From contig CM074821.1 in NCBI GenBank assembly GCA_037447605.1, positions 1,116,001 through 1,180,000 of the forward strand: DNA of 64,000 bases, read 5' to 3'. The DNA comes from Zygnema circumcarinatum SAG 698-1b. Taxonomy: Eukaryota > Plantae > Zygnematophyceae. Numbering within the stretch: position 1 is the stretch's first letter; every line of letters begins with the position of its first letter. The position numbers were made by a program, and so were the translations under genes. This document shows, in pieces, positions 40,571 through 51,401 of the stretch. The notes below the pieces were generated by a model. It did not search any database. It saw nothing but the letters and a program-made list of their open reading frames with translations, and was not told the origin of the DNA.

Positions 40571-41165
40571 GTCCGACCTGTGCAAGTTTGAAACGATTAC
40601 CCTGAAGAAATCGCGATAATCCTGCAAAGGAGTACTCCATCTAAACTACATTCAGACGAGGAATTTTTGTTTGTGCTCTTGTTCGGAAAATTTTTTGTCC
40701 CCTCCCCCCTCCGCCACCCGCCCGGCGGAGGTCACCCTTCCGCGATCAGGGTTGAGGATCCCTCCGCGCTCTTTGCTGGACCGTTACTCTGTGTACAGCA
40801 TTCCCATTGAGCCATCGAGGGTTTAGCCTTCGATGGCATCAGCCAATCCAGGTCTGCCACGTACACACTTATCTACGTGTCGAGGTCTGATTGGAGCACG
40901 TGTCAGGGGGCCCTCGGAATTCCGCCCGGACGACTTTGCAAGACCTGCACCTTTTTCCAAATCTTGGAAGCAGGAATCCCCATAGGTCACTCTTCCGAGA
41001 TTAGGGCTAAGAGCCCCCCTCTGCTCAAACTTCTGCAGCACGCCGGCCCTTTGCGCTTCCCTCACGCATCGCTCTGACAAGTCCCGCTTGTACTTCAATT
41101 TTTGAAGAACTTTTCTTTTCTGTTCTTGCATAGTTAGGATCCTTTTCCTTAATCTGCATCAAATT

Positions 41166-43449
41166 ATGGCGATCAGTAAGTTTGAACATCTCTCTTGTCG
41201 AGAGTGCCCTTTGCTTACTGTCTTCCGTTGACGTTATTTGAACTGTTCTTGGCCTATCTTAAGTTGCTTCAAGAATTTTTTGAAAGAGGAGAACCTGTAT
41301 TGATGAAATGTAACATGCTTGTCCGATTATGCCGTTGGTTCAAATGTACGACATCTCATCATCATCTCTCTTTCTCATCTGAACTCTCTCTCTCTCTCTG
41401 TTTCTCTCTTATGCTCTGCATAGACTTGTTTGTTTTTTAGTCGAGGACTGTCACTTAATCTAGCAATTGATTCGGTTCATTAATTAGCGCCTCTCTTTGA
41501 TGTGCAGGAGCGCAATTTGAGAACAGTGGGGAAATTGGTGTTTTTTCCAAGCTGACAAATGCCTACTGTTTGACAGCCATTGGTGCTTCAGAGAATTTTT
41601 ACAGGTGAGAAACAAACTGCAAGAAGAACTTCGGACAGTCTCCCAAACAACAAGCATCCATCCACGAGAGTTTTTTTTTGCCACCAATGGTTTTGCTATC
41701 ATGCATGAGTTAAAGAGCATTGTACATCTAAGGATCCTCTGAATTTAACGCGTTCATTTCAGCACCACCATTTGCGTTCCTGTCACTTTTGATGCCCTCT
41801 CCAACCGTAAACATGCCGATATGCCTTTTTATCGTTCCTCATTGTTCAATAATCGTTGCAGCACGTTTGAGGCTGAGCTTCCGGATATACCTGTTGTAAA
41901 GGCATCTGTTGCCGGCACTCGAGTGATTGGGCGAATGGTTGTAGGTATGATTTTTTTTTTTTTTTTTGGCTTTGGAACATCGCCACAAATGACCATTGGT
42001 CCTAATTTGTGTTCAACCATGCACTACCAATTGATGCTAGACCGGCAAAAGCCTGAATATCACAGTTGAAGTGCAATCGTTCTTTACAAACTGTTTGTTG
42101 CTATTGAATACAGGTAATAAGAACGGTTTGTTGCTGCCAAGTTCAACAACAGATCAAGGTATGTGCAACCTTCCCAGCTCCAGCATGTAACTTTTTTTCT
42201 CATGCTTGCTTTTCTTATACCACTCTTTGATGTGTTCCTTCATTGGATTAAGCTCAACTTGCCTTGGCAGAATTGAACTTGCCATTTGAAATTTTCATAC
42301 TTTGCGGTGAAAACGCTTGACCCTTTTTTTCGTCGGTTTTTCTCGTTGTGCAGAGCTCTTGCACATTCGAAATAGTCTGCCTGACGGTGTGGTGGTTCAA
42401 AGAGTTGAAGAAAGACTATCAGCTCTTGGTAACTGCATAGCGTGCAATGACTATGTCGCTTTGATTCACACGGACCTTGACAGGGTACGCAAAGGGGGAT
42501 GGATACAGGGCTATGGTGAAGTCAGAGATAGAGCTTTGGCTACAATAGGTGTTGTGCAGTGTTTGTGAAGACCTGTATGCAGCCATTCTAGCGTCAGTCA
42601 TGTCGCATCCTTTTCACGTGCATCGTATTGCTTTCGTTTATGTAGTACCCTCATTCAGATATTGTGCACGGTCTTGTTTAGAGATGGTTCGCTGGATTTT
42701 GATTTCAAGTCACGTATCATCGTCATCATTGTCAGCTCCGATCTGTTTCTTTTTCCATTATTGCAGGAAACCGAGGACCTGGTTGCAGATGTTTTAGGTG
42801 TTGAAGTTTTTCGACAAACTATTGCTGGGAATATCCTTGTAGGCAGCTATTGTGTCTTCAGCAACAGAGGGGGACTGGTAATTCACTTCCCATAGATATG
42901 TGTATCCTTCCTTGCCTGATTGCGTTTGCTGATCCCCATTTGTAGTTAGGCAAGAAACGAATGTTTTCTGGACGCATTGATCGTTGTTAGCGGTGTTTCA
43001 TAAAAGGTCTGATGGCGATTGCACAAAAAGAGTAACCAATCCTTCTCCTTAACCGTTTGAGTCTTTCAGTCGAAGGGATCTTCTTTCATGTCACAAGATG
43101 TTCAGTTTAATTCATCAGAACTTAAATGAATGAGGTGTGATAGTTGTCTTTTTGTAAGTCAGACACATGTCTTTGCATGCTTTACATGCAGGTGCATCCG
43201 CACACGTCAGTGGAGGATCTGGATGAGCTCTCGTCTCTCCTCCAAGTGCCTTTGGTGGCAGGAACTATCAACTGTGGAAGCGAGGTGATTGGAGCGGGGC
43301 TCGTGGCAAATGACTGGGCAGCCTTCACCGGCCTCGACACAACAGCCACAGAGCTCAGAGTCATTGACAGCGTGTTTCACCTCCGGGAGACGCAGCCGAG
43401 CAGTGTTGTGAATGAAATGCGGGCATCACTAGTCGATACTTTGGTTTGA
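41166..43449 (+). CDS. EIF6: Eukaryotic translation initiation factor 6, 7 exons (41166-41175, 41508-41604, 41862-41944, 42114-42158, 42354-42484, 42767-42877, 43192-43449), 244 aa
   Basis: [66 protein letters not shown] and [14 protein letters not shown]. Total 735 nt, in frame. Confidence 0.98.
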
Positions 43450-44041
43450 GGTACTTCTGCTGGCATGTATTTTTGCACCCACATTCAATCTGTGCTGCTG
43501 CAGTCAGCAAGTTGGTACCTATTGGCAAGCAAAAGGAATAAAGAACAGGCCATTATCTTCGTTCACTTTGGGTTAGAATTGACAGTGGAGGCCTGGAATT
43601 TCGTAGCCTGTCTCCATGGCATGAAGTTGCACCGTGGTACATGACTTATGTGTGGCGTCTTAACGTGCATCTTGATGTGATGCCATGGGTCTGCGTGTGT
43701 GGGTTGGCATACAGTCCTACTGGTTCACATACAGTCCTCATTCCTCAAGCACGCCGGCCATTACCATAGTCTGGGCCAGATTAATCGTGGAGCTCTCAAG
43801 TTTCGTGTGGTTGACTATATTTGTATAGGCCAGACTATTTTTTAGCCCAGAATAATGGTGATAAGCTAGAAAAGTTAGTTACATCCGAATAAGATATTTT
43901 GCCAAAGAAATCCGTGGCAAGTAGCATAAGCACCAGCTGCAGCAGCACCAGCAATTGAAACCCCTCCAGACAGAGAGGGAAAAGAGAGGACAGGGAGGAC
44001 GGAGAATAAAAAATCCAATCAACATTGTTGATGTTGAATTG

Positions 44042-45100
44042 CTGAATCCAATGGCTGGCAATCACCCGTTGTATGCAATGGCTGGCAACCGACAACTGAA
44101 TCCAATTGCTGGCAACCACCGGTTGTTTGCAATGGCTGGCAACCGTCCATTGAATCCAATGGCTGGCAACCATCGGTTGTTTGCAATGGCTGGCATCCAG
44201 CCATTGAATCCAATGGCTGGCAACCGACCACTACAGGGGAGGGGAGGGGGAGCAGAGAAGAGCAGGGGTGGAATGCGCTATTCCACACCTGCAATTTCAA
44301 TTCCAAGAGACTGTTGTCCGACTTGACATCGCCGTGAATGATTGCGGGCTTCGCCTGCGGGTGGAGGTATGAGACCTCACGCCCCCAAACTTTTCCATCC
44401 TGTGGGCTGTGGCAATGGCTGGCAACCGACCATTGAATCCAATGGCTGGCAATCAACCGTTGTATGCGATGGCTGGCAACCGACCACTGTATCCAATGGC
44501 TGGCAACCATCGGTATTTTGCAATGGCTGGCAACCAACCATTGAATCCAATGGCTGGCAATCAACCGTTGTATGCAATGGCTGGCAACCGACCACTGAAT
44601 CCAATGGCAGGCAGCCACCGGTTGTTTGCAATGGCTGGACACCAACCATTGAATCCAATGGCTGGCAATCAACCGTTGTATGCAATGGCTGGCAACCGAC
44701 CACTGAATCCAGGCGGGCAACCAACAGTTGTATGCACAAGGGCTGTAATCTTAGCACAACTTCATGAACTACTATCTGTATACATATACACTTGTATGAG
44801 CATGCATCTACAAATGAACTTGACGGACTCGTTTGTAGATTTCTGCCCTTGTATGGCGACGAGCAGATGAACCGATGCCAACCCTAATCCTGCAGCGCTT
44901 GGCCCGAGTGCCCTGTGCAGCTGTGTACCAAACCTCGTACGGGTGTGCGCGGAAGGTCGTGGCGGGCCTGTACCTGGCGAGCGCGGTCAGGTTGGGGCTG
45001 GCAACCGACCACTGAATCCAATGACTGGTAGCCACCGGTTGTTTGCAATGGCTGGCATCCAACCATTGAATCCAATGACTGACAATCAACCGCGTTACAA
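44042..45100. repeat. 27-bp minisatellite in alternating A/B units (54-bp higher-order repeat), interrupted by two unique inserts; a further block at ~46105-46255
   Basis: A = TGGCTGGCAACCGACCACTGAATCCAA and B = TGGCTGGCAATCAACCGTTGTATGCAA, alternating. Confidence 0.92.
44233..44411 (-). pseudogene. Captured protein-kinase fragment (catalytic loop plus intron start)
   Basis: The minus strand reads SYLHPQAKPAIIHGDVKSDNSLLELKLQ|GTGTGG followed by a CT-rich tract, and is flanked on both sides by satellite units. Confidence 0.8.
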
Positions 45101-45119
45101 ACTGCACAGATCGGACCAT

Positions 45120-46040
45120 TAGACAAACCAGTCGACTGGTTGGCAACCAGTGGTTGCGGACCGAAACGACCATTCGACTGGTTGCCAACCAGTGCCGCCG
45201 GATCGAAACAACCATTCGACTGGTTGCGAACCAGTGGCGCAGGACTGAAACAACCATTCGACTGGTTCGGAACCAGTGATCCAATGGTTGGCAACCATTG
45301 AATTTCTGAAATTAAAATAAATTGCAAAAATGGGTCGTATGTGTTTTTTGGTGGGTTGCCAACCGTTGACAACTAGTGTAACAAGCCTGATGCGTACAGA
45401 TGTGTACGGATCCGTACAGCCGAGTCGTACGGTTGTACGGGAATTCTGTACGGCCGAACCGTAATAGTTTTCTCCGAAACGCCGACGGCATTTTGGTAAC
45501 TGTAGTGTTCAGTTCGCTACAACTAGTGATTTAATGGTTGCCAACCATTTGATTTAATGGATATAACCATTCGACTGGTTGCCAACCAGTGCCGCCAGAT
45601 CGAAACAACCATTCGACTGGTTGCCAACCAGTGGTTGCGGACCGAAACAACCATTCGACTGGTTGCCAACCAGTGGCATCCACTGGTTCCAAACCAGTCG
45701 ACTGGTTGCCAACCAGTGGATCCACTGGTAGGCAACCATTCGACTGGTTGCCAACCAGTGGTTGCGGACCGAAACAACCATTCGACTGGTTGCCAACCAG
45801 TAGACGTCCAACCATTGCCATCCAATGGTTGTCCAATGGTTGCCGATCCACTGGTCCGAACTGTGAATGGTTTTCTCCAAAACGCCGACGGCATTTTGGT
45901 AGCTGTAGCGTTCAGTTCGCTACAACTAGTGATTTAATGGTTGCCAACCATTTGATTTAATGGATATAACCATTCGACTGGTTGCCAACCAGTGGTTGCA
46001 GACCGAAACAACCATTCGACTGGTTGCCAACCAGTAGACG
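45120..46040. repeat. 42-bp repeats with palindromic core ACTGGTTG-C-CAACCAGT, plus a ~403-bp tandem duplication (from ~45469 and ~45871)
   Basis: Cores at 45574, 45616, 45658 and elsewhere. The block TTTTCTCC(G/A)AAACGCCGACGGCATTTTGG...CTACAACTAGTGATTTAATGGTTGCCAACC occurs twice. Confidence 0.88.
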
Positions 46041-46258
46041 TCCAACCATTGCCATCCAATGGTTGTCCAATGGTTGCCGATCCACTGGTCCGAACTGTGA
46101 TAAACTGGCTGGCAACCGACCACTGAAACCAGGCGGGCAACCAACAGATGTATGCAATGGCTGGCAACCAACCATTGAACCCAATGGCTGGCAATCAACC
46201 GTTGTATGCAATGGCTGGCAACCGTCTACTGAATCCAGGCGGGCAACCAACAGTTAGA
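45523..46258 (-). mobile_element. Candidate non-autonomous Helitron-like element(s), tandem
   Basis: On the minus strand a 17-nt hairpin, a 6-nt spacer and CTAG|T occur at 45523 and 45926, with a candidate A|TC start at 46258 where the repeats stop. No RepHel coding sequence is present. Confidence 0.4.
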
Positions 46259-46846
46259 TGCCAAATTTTCATGTCAGATTGTCAGATTGTTGTCAGAGAC
46301 AGAGAGGGAGAACAAGGAACAGAACAGGAAACTGGACTGAGGCACGTAATGGCAGTCTCGATCCGGCCTTCGCACTTGTGAACGGACTTCTGTGCAGTGC
46401 CAGTACCGCACAGTACATGTACAGTAGGACCCCGTCATATTTTCCACCTACATTTGGCAAAAATCGGGCGAAAATATTGTATTTGGCAAATATATAAGGT
46501 CCGGTGGTTACCAATAAAGTAGAGCGGAATTGGCGTTAGAGTTCATGTGTATGTCCGTACGTATCGTATCGCATCACATCGTGATCGTTTTCTCGTCATA
46601 TCGCACCGCGATCGCGTCAGATCGTGACGTGGCTAACCGCATACGCATATGAAGCACTTTAGCGCCATCGAGGTAGCAAACCAAAGCTTCACTCGGTGAA
46701 CGGCTACTACAGCTCGTACGGCTAGTACGGATAGTACCGTATCGGGTCATATCGTATCGTATTGAAGCCAAAAAGAAGTGGAGAAGAGCGAGCGCCTCTT
46801 ACGGCGGCACGTGTCGGGAGAATAGGTGAGTTTTGCGTAAGCCCGT

Positions 46847-47855
46847 TGTAGCACAAGATAAGTGGGGTTAAAAGGAGATTGTTGAGCTAGTTGTATGATG
46901 TACGGCCACTGGCCCCGCGTTGAAACTGATGAAGGGTTGGGTTGGTGTTGTGGGTCCGCCAAGCAAAGATAGAGCCGGGGATCCCGGATTCGTGAGGTAA
47001 TGTACAAGCAGTCGAAGACGTAGGGGATCCCGGCGATGTTCCTAACGGGCCGCTGGACTGGATAAGCAAGAAAGGGCCCTTCCTCGCCTCTTTCTCCGCT
47101 CTCCTCGCTATTCTTCTTAGCTAGGCTTCTAGTTATCATCGGTCATTAGGAGGAATGTAAGGCGTGATAGCACAAGATGGTAGCTTCTGGCATAGTGACG
47201 CCATGGAAAACAGACTCAACTTAGATAAAGGTGGTATTTTGAAACTTCACCCCCAGCCAGCGCCAAGTTGGCTGGGGATTGTCATTATAATGAAAGCGTC
47301 TTCTCACTTGAGATCTTTGTCTGGCTGGGCTGAATGGGATGTCTAAATGCTATCAGCAAGAAGACTCTTTCTTTCTCTCTCTCTCTCTATGCCATGGAAC
47401 TCTCTCTCTCTCTCTCACTTAGCATCTGTTGCTGTAACTGAAGAGGAAGAAAAGAAGAAGAACAAGACAACAAACCACACAGCAAATACAAATACTAAGC
47501 CCAGCACTAAAAGACAAACTTGCATCACTGACATCCCATCTACTTATCACTGACAGTAGATCCTGAGTCTTAGTAGGGACAGTCTCTGATTGGCCAACTG
47601 CCCACTGAGAGGCCTGACTGACTACGTGGAGACTTCTGATAGGTCAACAAACGACAATCGGCGGCATTATGCGGCGCTTCCGAGTGCGCCTTGCTGGATG
47701 GTGTGCTGTTCCGTGGGCCGCCAACACATGGCGCCGCCTTTGCGCATTCTCCGTCGGCAACTCCTGGATTATGCCGGTCCGTGACACTGAATATGAATAT
47801 GTCAAGTACAACTGAACGGACGCGGATCCGTCGAGCGCAGCTCCGTTATGCTACA
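46847..47855 (-). repeat. 3' LTR (1009 bp)
   Basis: Starts TGTAGCAC and ends GCTACA on +; homologous to 53004-54005. Confidence 0.9.
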
Positions 47856-48473
47856 TCTGTAGCACATGCCGGGGGGGGGGGAAACAAGCGCACGCCCCTG
47901 CGGGCGCAATGAAGAAGAGACAAGGGGCAGGGGAGGAGACAAGGATGACGTGGACGGGGGCCGCGTTAGGCGAGTCGGTGGCCGTGTGGAGAAGCTTCCG
48001 CGTACATTCGGCAATGGGGAGTATCGGAAGGACCGGAGGTGGAGGAGGGAGTAAGACAAATTCAAAATCGAAAGGTACGGCAGACTGGAAAATGGTGGCG
48101 AAGTGGACAAAAAGTGGCGGGAATTAGAAATAGACCAATGAGGAGTCGTCATGGCAGGAGGGGTACGGAGGAGGCCGCGCTGTTGGTCGCAAACGGTCAG
48201 CCATCGCGGGGGGGAGGAACCGCTTACGTGGCGGCGCGAATGTCGATCCAATGTGAACGCCAGCGCCGGGCGTTTCCACTAGAGTCAGGGCCTTCCGAAA
48301 CGACGGCCCAACCTGGGATCTCCGACGGACCGACACAGATGAAGGGGCCCAACCACGGAAAAGCCCGTTGAGTCGGTTTGGCGAGATTCCTGAGCCAAAT
48401 GAGCTGACGTGGCGCGACCTGATTGGGCGGGAGAGAAACGCGTCGGCGCCTCCCAAAGTCGGTNNNNNNNNNN

Positions 48474-49670
48474 CAGCGGTTGGCTGGGGATTGTCATTAT
48501 AATGAAAGCGTCTTCTCACTTGAGATCTTTGTCTGGCTGGGCTGAATGGGATGTCTAAATGCTATCAGCAAGAAGACTCTTTCTTTCTCTCTCTCTCTCT
48601 ATGCCATGGAACTCTCTCTCTCTCTCTCACTTAGCATCTGTTGCTGTAACTGAAGAGGAAGAAAAGAAGAAGAACAAGACAACAAACCACACAGCAAATA
48701 CAAATACTAAGCCCAGCACTAAAAGACAAACTTGCATCACTGACATCCCATCTACTTATCACTGACAGTAGATCCTGAGTCTTAGTAGGGACAGTCTCTG
48801 ATTGGCCAACTGCCCACTGAGAGGCCTGACTGACTACGTGGAGACTTCTGATAGGTCAACAAACGACAATCGGCGGCATTATGCGGCGCTTCCGAGTGCG
48901 CCTTGCTGGATGGTGTGCTGTTCCGTGGGCCGCCAACACATGGCGCCGCCTTTGCGCATTCTCCGTCGGCAACTCCTGGATTATGCCGGTCCGTGACACT
49001 GAATATGAATATGTCAAGTACAACTGAACGGACGCGGATCCGTCGAGCGCAGCTCCGTTATGCTACATCTGTAGCACATGCCGGGGGGGGGGGAAACAAG
49101 CGCACGCCCCTGCGGGCGCAATGAAGAAGAGACAAGGGGCAGGGGAGGAGACAAGGATGACGTGGACGGGGGCCGCGTTAGGCGAGTCGGTGGCCGTGTG
49201 GAGAAGCTTCCGCGTACATTCGGCAATGGGGAGTATCGGAAGGACCGGAGGTGGAGGAGGGAGTAAGACAAATTCAAAATCGAAAGGTACGGCAGACTGG
49301 AAAATGGTGGCGAAGTGGACAAAAAGTGGCGGGAATTAGAAATAGACCAATGAGGAGTCGTCATGGCAGGAGGGGTACGGAGGAGGCCGCGCTGTTGGTC
49401 GCAAACGGTCAGCCATCGCGGGGGGGAGGAACCGCTTACGTGGCGGCGCGAATGTCGATCCAATGTGAACGCCAGCGCCGGGCGTTTCCACTAGAGTCAG
49501 GGCCTTCCGAAACGACGGCCCAACCTGGGATCTCCGACGGACCGACACAGATGAAGGGGCCCAACCACGGAAAAGCCCGTTGAGTCGGTTTGGCGAGATT
49601 CCTGAGCCAAATGAGCTGACGTGGCGCGACCTGATTGGGCGGGAGAGCAGCGCGTCGGCCGCCTCCCAAA
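48474..49670. repeat. 1212-bp-offset near-identical copy of ~47262-48460 between two N gaps (probable assembly redundancy)
   Basis: ORF translations are identical at offset 1212; bounded by N10 at 48464-48473 and 49671-49680. Confidence 0.85.
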
Positions 49671-50266
49671 NNNNNNNNNNGCTGGGAATCGTGGGCGACA
49701 TCCAGAATCTCCATGCGCTCGTTGGGAAATGGAACAGGAAGGCCGGAGGGTAGGTAAAGAATCTGTCCGTCATCATCGACAGAGAAGTTCCGGGCGCGGC
49801 GGAGCAGCCGAGCCCTCTCGATATCCGTGATAAAAGGGGGCATCGTGCGAGTCATGACGTAGCGCAGAAGAGAGGAGTCAGAATGGACGTCATTGGCGCT
49901 GGGGAAATGGGGAGGAAGAAAGGGAGCTTCACCATCGTCATCCATGAGGAGTTCCCACGGATCCGCATGGGGGTGGCCGTGGGTGAAGTCAGGGTCTTGC
50001 CAGCGATGGAGGGTGGTGGCCGTGGCCGGAATATCGATCAGCCCATCCGCGAATATGACATCATGCAGGTCTTGATCGGCAATAAAAATCTCGATGGGAA
50101 GATGCTCAGGGTTCAAGAGGGTGGGTAGAGGGATGGGTTCAGGAACGGCCGGATCGTGACAGAGGAGGGGAGCCGACGGATTGCGACTAAGGCCGTCAGC
50201 ATTGCCGTGACTACGGCCGGGACGGTGAGTGACCTTGAGTACATTATACTCCTCCAACTTCATCAC
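49436..50266 (-). pseudogene. Retrotransposon pol fragments: RNase H end, integrase N-terminal region, then (after the gap) the integrase C-terminal GPF region
   Basis: KLEEYNVLKVTHRPGRSHGNADGLSR, ERMEILDVAHDS and LIWLRNLAKPTQRAFPWLGPFICV. The RT and integrase cores are not visible and are presumably in the gaps. Confidence 0.8.
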
Positions 50267-50558
50267 CCATCATGCAAACTTAGGTCGGAGGGTAGCCATA
50301 ATGTGCAGCCAAGTGAGGGGCATGTGGTCAGTCCNNNNNNNNNNCTGGAAGAGGCGCCGTGGCCATGTGGTGGATATCTGCCGGCGAGGGGATGTCCGGA
50401 GGAGGTGCCATGGGAACCGTGGGAGGCCGCAGGGTGGCCTCTGCACTGTCGGCCAGCTTACGAACTACGGCTGCAGCACCTGGTACCAGCTGCATCAACT
50501 GTGACAAGGTAATGCCGATCTTAGCCTTGTCTCCCATGAGCCGGGATGAACCATGCGC

Positions 50559-51401
50559 TCAATCGTGGATAGGCCGTCCGGCCGGGGGTGGTCGACGCAT
50601 CGGGCTGCTTGGGGTAGAAACGGCCGCCCGAGGGCGATGGGGAGGATTCACGTGCATGTCCTCTGTCGCTGGCGCTATCGGCTCTGGCTGTGCCGCTGTC
50701 GGCGCCTCCTCAGTGAAATCGTCAGTATCCTCCTCAAGCATGGATCCCAAGGGATGACCCGTGGAAGGAGGGAGGACTGAAGTTCTCCGGACAGGGGTGG
50801 CGACCGGTGGAGCCGTGCCCGAGGAGCTGGCGCCGTTGACATTGGCAGGGAGGAATGGCAGGGGATGTGAATGAGGATCACTTTGGTTGACAGGGAGCCT
50901 GCGCAAGGCAGTTGCAATCTCGGCGATCCGGGCTTGGGCACCCTCTTCAGAAGTGATGGGGGATTCGGACCAAGCCGGTTGCAATGCTGCGGCAATCTGG
51001 GCGGTGCGTGAGCGGGGAGCAGGATCAGACTCAGCACCCAATGCGTTTGTCAGGGAAGGGGACTCCATGGGGTGCAGGTGGATAGGCGGTCGTTGCAGGA
51101 TGGTGTAAGCGGGTGAAGGAGGTGGAGGCGGGCGAAAGGGAGCCGGAGTTCTCGGTGGTGTGGGAGTAGCCGGGAGCATGTCCATGAAGGTGATCTCTGC
51201 AGGTGAGCTCCCTGCAGCTGCCTCTTTCCCCTTTCGGGCCTTCTCACTTGAGAGTCTCCGCATGCATACACGGGCATCATGTCCCGTGATCTGGCAGAAG
51301 GTGCAGGTCCATGGTCCACAACGCAAAATTTCGCCGATTAAGTGATTCAGCCGCAGTAAGGCAAACGCCTTCCCCGGAACCCTCGGCCCGGCCATCCGCA
51401 C
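50559..51401 (-). pseudogene. Retrotransposon gag C-terminal region with zinc knuckle
   Basis: CTFCQITGHDARVC (CX2CX4HX4C) followed by a Pro-rich linker. The upstream gag is broken into short frames. Confidence 0.8.

Noticed and set aside
40823-41131. 102-aa ATG-initiated minus-strand ORF next to the eIF6 start
   Set aside because: No recognisable homology, and it overlaps the expected eIF6 promoter/5' UTR; likely chance.
45120-46040. CRISPR-like array (palindromic ~26-nt repeats with spacers)
   Set aside because: The spacers are only ~16 nt and similar to each other, the context is eukaryotic and there are no cas genes. It is a minisatellite.
43835-46257. Long repetitive ORFs (MAGNQPLNP..., WLATSRMVV...) as repeat proteins
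   Set aside because: They are open in several frames on both strands because the 27- and 42-bp units are multiples of 3 and stop-poor; there is no gene structure.
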